The notes beneath the pieces were generated by a model. That model was not told the DNA's origin. It saw only the letters and a list, made by a program, of their open reading frames with translations, and searched no databases. From Candidatus Dormiibacterota bacterium (GTDB lineage: Bacteria > Chloroflexota > Dormibacteria > Aeolococcales > Aeolococcaceae): a stretch of 64,000 nt of DNA. The stretch is taken from positions 89,944 to 153,943 of the forward strand of contig DATDID010000026.1 of the NCBI GenBank assembly GCA_036521195.1, in the 5' to 3' direction. Shown here in pieces: positions 43,738 through 50,867 of the stretch (the first letter of the stretch is position 1; each line of letters starts with the position of its first letter). The position numbers and the translations under genes were made by a program.

Positions 43738-45266
43738 GCCTGACCCCGCCGGCTTGCGACGACCCGATTGCGGCCGGACCGCTTCGCGACCAACAGCGCC
43801 TCGTTTGCGGCATCGACGATCCCGGCCGAGCTCCGAGAGGCGAATGGATCGCTCGCAGCAACACCAATGGACACCGTCACGATGCGCGGATCCGGCCGAT
43901 TCTCATGCGGGAGACACAGGTCCGCGACCGCCACTCGCAGCCGCTCGGCAAGGCTGGTCGCGTCCGAGAGCGACGTCTGAGGCAGGAGGACGGTCATCTC
44001 CTCGCCGCCGTAGCGGTACACGAGATCGCCGGGCCGGCAGGCACCTTCGAGCGCGTCAGCGACCCGTCGGAGCGCGATATTCGCAGGCTGATACAGGTAC
44101 CGCTCGTTGTAGTTGTGAAAGTAGTCGATGTCACACAGCACCAGCGCGTACACGGCGTGCTGTGCGGCCGCGTCGGCATGCATCGTGCGGAGGTCGGCTT
44201 CGAACGCCTGCGCGTTCAGCAGCCCGGTTCGCTCGTCATGTCTCGTGTCGTGTTCGAGTCGCACAACGTCGGACTTGAGCTCGACCACCAGCTTGTCAGC
44301 GGCGAGTAGCGCTTCGCGTTCCTGTATCCGGCGTTGCTCCCATCCCTGCGTATCACGCCTGTAGAAGAAGACACCGCCGGGTCTCGAGATCTTGGCCTCC
44401 ATGAGGGCTGCGTCGGCACGGCTGACGAGACCGGGCCAGTGTCGTGCGAGCCTCGTCGACGCGACTCCACAGGTGACGGTGATCCGGCGATCGATGCCCG
44501 CGATGGGAGCGCATATGGATCGACACGCTCCATCCAGGCGCCGGCGAGCAGAAGCGGTGTCGCCATTCCGAAGGAGGACGGCAAATCGTTCTCCACCGAA
44601 CCGCGCCACCATCGCGGAGTCTCCGAACGAGAGAGACAAGCGTTCCGCCACCGAGCGGAGCACCGTATCGCCTGTCGCGAACCCATGGAGATCGTTGATC
44701 GTCTTCATGTCGTCGACATCCATCAGCGCGAGCATCACGCTGCGGGCACTCCCTGCGGTGAACAGGGTTCGTCCGTACTGTTCGAGCGCACCGCGGGTGA
44801 GCAGGCCGGTCAGTTGATCGCTTCGCGCGACCTTCTCTGCCGCATCGACGGCACGCTGCACCTCGGATCGATCGACGAGAGAGAGCACGACTCCTGCGAC
44901 GTGAGGAGATCCGGTCAGATTCACCCCTGTCATCGCAATCGTTCGCACGTATCCGCCGGCAAGGCGGCAGGTTGCCTCAAGCCGGGTACTCGCCGTCGCA
45001 TCCGCGGTGGCCGCGCTCCGGAGGAAGGAATCCACCTGAGCCTGAACTTCCGGAATGAAGAGCGAGGGAAAGAGCTCACCAACCACGCTCGTTGCAGCTC
45101 CCGACAGCATCTCGGCCGCCGCCCGCGTGTGATGGCGAACGATCGCGTCCGGCCCGACGACGACGAGGGCGATCGTGGACGATTCGACGAGGTCCTGGTA
45201 GAAACCGGGTGTTCGGATCACCTGATCCCCCGCAACGCCATGACGCATAAATCTTCGCCCTTCCAC
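43734..45266 (-). CDS. PAS plus two degenerate GGDEF domains
   Basis: N-terminal PAS-like region (FYQDLVESSTIALVVVGPDAIV). GGDEF 1 carries GGERF. GGDEF 2 carries GGEEM and lacks the usual GHxxGD block (reads YLYQPAN). There is an ATGA overlap with the downstream GGDEF-GNAT gene. Confidence 0.7.
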   Translation of the reverse strand: MEGRRFMRHGVAGDQVIRTPGFYQDLVESSTIALVVVGPDAIVRHHTRAAAEMLSGAATSVVGELFPSLFIPEVQAQVDSFLRSAATADATASTRLEATCRLAGGYVRTIAMTGVNLTGSPHVAGVVLSLVDRSEVQRAVDAAEKVARSDQLTGLLTRGALEQYGRTLFTAGSARSVMLALMDVDDMKTINDLHGFATGDTVLRSVAERLSLSFGDSAMVARFGGERFAVLLRNGDTASARRRLDGACRSICAPIAGIDRRITVTCGVASTRLARHWPGLVSRADAALMEAKISRPGGVFFYRRDTQGWEQRRIQEREALLAADKLVVELKSDVVRLEHDTRHDERTGLLNAQAFEADLRTMHADAAAQHAVYALVLCDIDYFHNYNERYLYQPANIALRRVADALEGACRPGDLVYRYGGEEMTVLLPQTSLSDATSLAERLRVAVADLCLPHENRPDPRIVTVSIGVAASDPFASRSSAGIVDAANEALLVAKRSGRNRVVASRRGQA

Positions 45267-45516
45267 GATACCGGCTTGCTGTCACAGGGTCACGCGTTCC
45301 TTGGGAGCATGGGTCGCGTTAAGGCGACCGACGCGCAACGGAGCGGTGTCGCTTCATGTGTGACGGAACGGTGGTGACTCTGACGCCCGCGGCGAACGCG
45401 TGCATGCTGGTGGAGCGTTGACCCACCCGTAGCAGCCGGCTCGGTCCACGTACAACTCGGGGGACGAGTTGCCATAGCGGCATGCCACTCGCCGAACTCT
45501 CGGTGAGCAAACGGAG

Positions 45517-46656
45517 ATGCGCATGGCGATGAAACAGTTCTTCAACCGTCGTTCGTCGGCAGGGGCCGCCGGGACTCAGCAACAAGCCGCACCGTCGAAC
45601 CGCGATTCGGGTCAGCGCGTGTTCGAGATGAGAAACGCAGCGGGGGTGACCTACGAAACGGTTCTTGTAGACGGAAGCGCTCAGGGCTCCGTGATGCGTC
45701 GATCGGAACACTTCGTCGTCTGGTCGGAGAAGGGCAACGAGGTCCACGTCCAGGGTGATGCGCCGCCGTCGAGATGCGTTGCCCGGATGTGGGAAGGGCC
45801 GCGCGGGGCGGCGATCAGCGATGACGAGCAATGGTGCGTCGTTATTGGCCTGGGGCTTGTCGCGTTTCGTCTTCGACCAGGCACCGAGGTCCAGTCTCAC
45901 GGGCGGCGTCCGTACCATGAGCGTTGGCAGCTCCACCATCCGATGTCGGGTGACCTTGCTGACGCCGTCCTGTTCACCGGCGTGAAAGCGCTCGGAGCGC
46001 ACCAGTTCGCCGTCGCAACCCAATGGGGTCTGGGAAACATGTGGACCACGCGCGTGTGGGTGTACGACGCGGACACCAATACGCTCGGAGAGCCGCGTGA
46101 CATCATCAACGAGCAGAGAAGGAGCGCCGCGGTGCGGCCACAACGCTCGGCGGCTTACGCCGAGGAGTGTCAACTGGCGGCAGCTCAACGATTCGATGGC
46201 GCGGAGTCCACCGCCGAAGCCGGGATGACGTTCGAGTTGAATTCGTCGGGAGGCGAAGTGGTCCTTGCAGAAGGCAAGCAGGTCGGGTCCGTCATGTGCC
46301 GTTCTCAGCGCTTTGTGGTGTGGCAGACGCTGGGCTGCTTGGTCTCTGTCGAAGGGGACGGGCTCCCGTGGCTGCTCCTGGCCGACATGTACGGCGGTGC
46401 AGCCGGAGCGGCGATCAGTGACGACGAGCAATGGTGCGTCGTGGTGGGGTGCGGCTTTCGCGCTCGGCGCCTTCGTGTCGCCGGAGAGTTTCGGAGTCAC
46501 GGGGACGACCCACGCAACATCCTCTGGCTGAGTGGCGTGGAGGCACTCGACGGACACACGTTCCGGCTGCGCAGCGGCGGGGTCACTCCCGGGCAGGAGT
46601 ACCTCTACGACGCTGACACGGATGGACTACGGCCGGTTCGCGCGAACAATGATTGA
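45517..46656 (+). CDS. hypothetical protein built from two ~170-aa internal repeats
   Basis: Repeat blocks: GSVMRRSEHFVVW / GSVMCRSQRFVVW, GAAISDDEQWCVVIG / GAAISDDEQWCVVVG, SHG, and VYDADTNTL / LYDADTDGL. The plus frame has G/C-rich third positions, and I prefer it over the antisense 412-aa ORF. Confidence 0.55.
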   Translation: MRMAMKQFFNRRSSAGAAGTQQQAAPSNRDSGQRVFEMRNAAGVTYETVLVDGSAQGSVMRRSEHFVVWSEKGNEVHVQGDAPPSRCVARMWEGPRGAAISDDEQWCVVIGLGLVAFRLRPGTEVQSHGRRPYHERWQLHHPMSGDLADAVLFTGVKALGAHQFAVATQWGLGNMWTTRVWVYDADTNTLGEPRDIINEQRRSAAVRPQRSAAYAEECQLAAAQRFDGAESTAEAGMTFELNSSGGEVVLAEGKQVGSVMCRSQRFVVWQTLGCLVSVEGDGLPWLLLADMYGGAAGAAISDDEQWCVVVGCGFRARRLRVAGEFRSHGDDPRNILWLSGVEALDGHTFRLRSGGVTPGQEYLYDADTDGLRPVRANND

Positions 46657-46716
46657 AAGGCTGTGAGTTCCTCCGGGGCCGACTCTGACGAGGTCACGGG
46701 GGTTGAATCGGCGTGG

Positions 46717-47124
46717 TCATGCGACCGTGCCTCGCGCGCCTCGTGAGAGTCCGCGAAGTGTTTCGAGCATTTCCGACGGAGGGGTGTCCAGCAACATATA
46801 GCCCGCGCCGCCGCACTGGAGCGTTCCAACCATGCGCTCAGCCCCGCCTGAAGCCCCGACCAGAACCACTCGCACCCCGGGATGGCTCTCGGCCAGACGG
46901 CGGGTCGCCTCCATCCCTCGCATGAGCGGTGTCGAGTAGCCCATCACCACGATGTCCGGGTGCAACTCGGCCATTATCCCGAGCGCTTCTTCGCACGTCG
47001 CAGCCTTGCCGACCAGCGCAAAGCCCGGCGCGTGACCGAGATACGCAACGAGGCCACGGAGGACGACTGGGTGCCAATGCACCACCAGGAGACGTATGTC
47101 TGTCCGGCGGACTCGCTGCGTCAC
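46717..47124 (-). CDS. stand-alone pseudo-receiver (REC-like) domain protein
   Basis: GAAGGGG precedes the GTG at 47124. The fold aligns with NarL-type receivers, but the key residues are replaced: DD becomes HW (LLVVHWHP), the phospho-Asp becomes Gly (IVVMGYSTP), and Lys becomes Leu (GYMLLD). There is no output domain. Confidence 0.55.
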   Translation of the reverse strand: MTQRVRRTDIRLLVVHWHPVVLRGLVAYLGHAPGFALVGKAATCEEALGIMAELHPDIVVMGYSTPLMRGMEATRRLAESHPGVRVVLVGASGGAERMVGTLQCGGAGYMLLDTPPSEMLETLRGLSRGARGTVA

Positions 47125-47245
47125 ACTACCCCTTCTCGTGCGTAGCGTATCGCGCGGCGCGGGCGCCAAGCGTGCGCCGAAGCGATTGTTACGCGTTCGC
47201 CGAATGCCTCGTGTCAAGCATGAGTCCGATCCATACAGACGAAAA

Positions 47246-47320
47246 TGGAGCCGACGGGGAGATTCGAACTCCCGGCCAGCGGTTTACGAAACCGCTGCTC
47301 TACCACTGAGCTACGTCGGC
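47246..47320 (-). tRNA. tRNA-Thr (anticodon CGT), CCA encoded
   Basis: The reverse complement folds as a cloverleaf: acceptor GCCGACG/CGTCGGC, D arm GCTC-AGTGGTA-GAGC, anticodon arm GCGGT-TTCGTAA-ACCGC, T arm GGGAG-TTCGAAT-CTCCC, then T and CCA. Confidence 0.9.
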
Positions 47321-47633
47321 ATGGTCGGGGCTGCCAATACTAGACCGGTCGGCCCACGGGACCGCCATACGGTCATAGCTGCAGCATGATCACAGCGCCC
47401 AAGGACGAGAGATTCGCGTCAGCCGTGCTGACACCCGTGCCGAGTACCTGGCCGGTCTTCGCGTCGACCTTGAGGACGCCATAGCGCGGCCAGGGCTGTG
47501 AGCCTGACCCTGGAGTGTTCCGGTGCTGGTGCCGAGTTTGCGGCTCCGCAGGCACCAAGGGTCCGCCCCGCGATGACCGCGATCGGCCATGACATTCGCA
47601 TCGTGCCGAGCCTTGCACGGGCGACCACTGTCG

Positions 47634-48752
47634 TCAGTCGCGCGCCGGCAACGATCTCCACTGCACGGGCCGGCCCAGGAACGCGCTGATGGAGGCGGCC
47701 TCGCGCCCAATGCCCGCGTTCACGCGGGCGAAGTGCTGCTCGAACGGCGTCACCACGATCTCGAATCCTCCGGAAACCCGATCGAGCCGCCACCCTCCGG
47801 TGATCCATCCGTCGACGAGGACGACCGGACGGATCCAGCCCCCGCCTCCCGTGTGAATCCACGCCTCGGCGGCGGCGCCACCAAGCTGGTCTCGGCGCTT
47901 GTAGCCCAGCAGGAACGTGTCGAAGTGCCCGAGCAGCCGCACGATCGGACGGCCAGGCGGCGGCTCCGAGGCCACAGTTCCGACGGTCCAGAGGCCGCGG
48001 ATCGCTCCAGGGAACTCCGCCAATCTGGAACCGATCGCCTGCATCGCCGGACGGACCACCGACATCCGCAGGCCGGACCACGCAGCGAAATCACCTTCGC
48101 TCGCAGGTCCGAAGGCTTCGAAGTAGCGCACCGCGAGCTCGGCGAGCGCCGTGTCGCCACCTGGTCCCTTCGACGGCGCCACCCAGTCGTCGAGCAGCAC
48201 GAAGCTGTCGTCGCGACCCATCCGCGGACCGCAGCACACAACACCAAGAGCGGCTGCGTGATACAGCAGAAACACCAACGATTGACCCACCGGTTCCTCG
48301 AGCACGCCGGCCCGGACGAGCGCCTCGCGAATCCGGCGACGCGCCACCGGTCCGTCCGCGAGCGCCTTGCGGATCACCGCGAGCCCTCGCTGGCATGTCG
48401 CGTCGTCGAGGCCGAGAGCCCGTCGCCGGCTCGCGGCCAACTGGTTGACAGCGGGTCCGAAAAGGTCGACGAGCCAGCGCAGATCCTCGGCGGCGCAGAG
48501 ATGCAACGTTCCGCGCATCAGCCACGTCCGCACGACGGATCGGTCCACTTCGAATGCTCGGTCGACGTCGCCCGCGGTGAGTCCCGACGCTCGCACCCGC
48601 ACCTGATGGCGCGCGGCGTCGAACGCCTGCGCCTGCAACCCACACGCTTTCGCGACCACGTCTGCGACCGCCGTTGTAAGCCGCGTGTCGTCAGTAAGGT
48701 GCTGCGAGCGCAGCCGTGCGAATCGCAGGTCACGCAGTGCGGCGTCAGGCAT
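47634..48752 (-). CDS. winged-helix HTH_42 family protein, AlkZ/YcaQ-like DNA glycosylase
   Basis: 372 aa. Carries an N-terminal GLQAQAF (Q-phi-Q catalytic motif as in AlkZ), RTWLMRGTLH, and C-terminal GW(I/R)xPVVLVDG-type blocks. Confidence 0.65.
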   Translation of the reverse strand: MPDAALRDLRFARLRSQHLTDDTRLTTAVADVVAKACGLQAQAFDAARHQVRVRASGLTAGDVDRAFEVDRSVVRTWLMRGTLHLCAAEDLRWLVDLFGPAVNQLAASRRRALGLDDATCQRGLAVIRKALADGPVARRRIREALVRAGVLEEPVGQSLVFLLYHAAALGVVCCGPRMGRDDSFVLLDDWVAPSKGPGGDTALAELAVRYFEAFGPASEGDFAAWSGLRMSVVRPAMQAIGSRLAEFPGAIRGLWTVGTVASEPPPGRPIVRLLGHFDTFLLGYKRRDQLGGAAAEAWIHTGGGGWIRPVVLVDGWITGGWRLDRVSGGFEIVVTPFEQHFARVNAGIGREAASISAFLGRPVQWRSLPARD

Positions 48753-48758
48753 CGGTGG

Positions 48759-49967
48759 TCAGAAGAAGTCGGGGATCCACGGGACACCGCCCGCGACAAG
48801 ACCGTCCATCGCGGTCAGCGCGTCGGCGTCTCCCTCCATCAGTCCGAGCAGCGCGGCGTCTCGCGCGCGGAGCGCACTCGCGTACCACGCGGACAGCGCA
48901 CCGATGCCACAGCGAACGTGGCCATCGCCGCCTTTGGTCACGCGCCCCTGGCCACGCTCAACCTCGAGCACGACGCGCTCGACGCCTAGGACGGGATCCG
49001 TGACCTCCAGGTCGACGCGCCCGGACGCCTGCGCCGGCCAGCCGCGCGCGGTCAGCGCGCGCTCGATGTCCACGATGCGTTGCATCCAGGGGATGAACGC
49101 CCCAACCTCGACGTCACGGTGTGGCTCGGGGAGCACGAGGTGCAGCGGCGACAGATCGGGTATCGCCGAGTGCACGAAGACGACCTCGCCGCTCTGCGAC
49201 TCCTGGCCGCCGAGGAAGCCGAGCAACCCACGGAGTGCGTCCCCGGTCGTGTAGATCAGCTCCTGCACACGGACCCGGATCCACATGCCCTGGGCTCGAT
49301 CGCTGTCGTAGCGGACAAACCCGGTGAGTTCATCGTCCTCGTACCAGCCGAACTCGCCCTTGTGACCCTCCGGATTGCCCGGATCCCACTCCACACTGAG
49401 CCACCAATCCGGTCTGTCCAACGGGCCGTCCCAGCGCAGCAACTGCGCGCGACGCATGGCCTCGACCGCTGCTCGATCCGGACGCGCGCGCACCGTCCCC
49501 GCACCTCGGAATCCACTCAGCGCTCGGGTTTGCACCGTCTGACGGAATGTCTGCGTGCAGACCTCCCATCCCCAGCGACGGTAGAGGCGAACCGTCGCCG
49601 CGAACAGCGGCGCGACCGCGGCACCACGTTCGCGCGCCGACGCCACGCAGTCGCGCATCAGCGCGCCGGCAACACCACGACGACGCCACTCGGCACTGAC
49701 GACGACTGCCGAAACTCCCTGGGCCGGCACCGATCGTCCGCCGAAGAACTCGCCGGTCGGCAGCAGGATGAAACCGCCGACCACCTGGCCCCCGATGCGC
49801 GCGACACGCAACGTCGTGTGCGGTTCGGCGGCCTTGAGCCAGCGCATGTTGTCCGACGCACGACCGGCAAACGCATCGGCATCGATCTCAGCGAATCGCT
49901 GCCGTTCCGCGTCGTCGCCTATGTCAGAGATCTCGATGTCGTTCGGCGTCTCGACCATCAGGCGCAC
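48759..49967 (-). CDS. Eis-like GNAT acetyltransferase (GNAT + GNAT-like + SCP2 domains)
   Basis: 402 aa. Carries VVVSAEWRRRGVAGALM, an ~400-aa three-domain layout, and ends in ...IPDFF with a C-terminal Phe as in Eis proteins. Confidence 0.65.
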   Translation of the reverse strand: MRLMVETPNDIEISDIGDDAERQRFAEIDADAFAGRASDNMRWLKAAEPHTTLRVARIGGQVVGGFILLPTGEFFGGRSVPAQGVSAVVVSAEWRRRGVAGALMRDCVASARERGAAVAPLFAATVRLYRRWGWEVCTQTFRQTVQTRALSGFRGAGTVRARPDRAAVEAMRRAQLLRWDGPLDRPDWWLSVEWDPGNPEGHKGEFGWYEDDELTGFVRYDSDRAQGMWIRVRVQELIYTTGDALRGLLGFLGGQESQSGEVVFVHSAIPDLSPLHLVLPEPHRDVEVGAFIPWMQRIVDIERALTARGWPAQASGRVDLEVTDPVLGVERVVLEVERGQGRVTKGGDGHVRCGIGALSAWYASALRARDAALLGLMEGDADALTAMDGLVAGGVPWIPDFF

Positions 49968-50073
49968 GAGTGTACTCGCGACGCTTCAAAGGTCCGAACC
50001 ACCGTGATACGTTGCCCGAGCGCGTCGGAGCGCGAGGGTCGGCGAGCGGATCAGTGAGACGGAGGAACGTGCG

Positions 50074-50844
50074 ATGACCACTCCCAATATGGGCGAGCCC
50101 GGTTGGATCGATCTCGAAAGCGCGGACGTCGACGCGGCCCACACGTTCTACACAGGGGTCTTCGGCTGGACCGTCGATGTCGTCCCGGATGGCGGTGGAT
50201 ACGGGATGTTCCTGCTCGATGGCAAGCAGGTCGCCGGTGTGAGCCCTCGGACGGACGGGGAGGGTCCGTCGGCATGGACGATGTACGTCCTCACCGAGGA
50301 CGCCGCAGCGTCCGCCGCCAAGGCGACCGAAGCAGGTGGCACGGTGATCGCCCCAACCGTGGAGGTGACTGGCGCGGGGACGATGGGCATCGTCGCCGAT
50401 CCGTCGGGAGCGGTGATCGGCCTCTGGCAGCCAAACGAGCACAAGGGATTCGAGGTCATGCGGGTCCCGGGCGCCTTCTGCTGGGCAGAGCTCAACGCCA
50501 AGGATCTCCCGAGCGACAAGCTCTTCTACTGGAACGCCTTCGGGTGGGATCCCAAGGAATCGGCTGTCCCCGGGACCAACTACACCGAGTTCAAGCTCGA
50601 CGGCACGAGCGTCGCCGGCGGCCTCCCGATGGACCCGGATCTGCCCGAGGGCACGCCGTCGAACTGGGTCGTCTACTTTGCCGTCGCCGACACCGATGCG
50701 ACCGTCGCCAAGCTGACCGAGCTCGGAGGTGGGGTGCACCATCCACCGTCCGACATCCCCGGAGTCGGACGCTTCGCCATCGTGCACGACCCCCAGGGAG
50801 CCGTGTTCGCTGTCCTCCAGAACACGCAGACCGCAACCTCCTGA
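50074..50844 (+). CDS. two-domain VOC (glyoxalase/bleomycin-resistance fold) protein
   Basis: Two repeats of the pattern FY..VFGW ... G.....DP.GAV. Confidence 0.75.
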   Translation: MTTPNMGEPGWIDLESADVDAAHTFYTGVFGWTVDVVPDGGGYGMFLLDGKQVAGVSPRTDGEGPSAWTMYVLTEDAAASAAKATEAGGTVIAPTVEVTGAGTMGIVADPSGAVIGLWQPNEHKGFEVMRVPGAFCWAELNAKDLPSDKLFYWNAFGWDPKESAVPGTNYTEFKLDGTSVAGGLPMDPDLPEGTPSNWVVYFAVADTDATVAKLTELGGGVHHPPSDIPGVGRFAIVHDPQGAVFAVLQNTQTATS

Positions 50845-50867
50845 CCCTGCCCCGGGATTGATCGGGC

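Noticed and set aside
45267-45516. Possible c-di-GMP (GEMM-I-like) riboswitch in the 250-bp region between the GGDEF operon and the repeat-protein gene. The segments cacagggtcac and gacgcgcaacggagcgg vaguely recall the CACAGGGCAAAC and GACGCAAAGCC blocks.
   Set aside because: The conserved GGCAAA and ACGCAAAGC cores are not matched, and I could not draw the two-hairpin fold convincingly. A covariance-model scan would be needed, so it is not reported as a feature.
45319-46557. 412-aa minus-strand ORF covering the same DNA as the repeat protein.
   Set aside because: The plus-strand frame has the G/C-rich third positions and cleaner repeat blocks, while the minus-strand product is Arg/His/Pro-rich. 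I kept the plus strand, with only moderate confidence.
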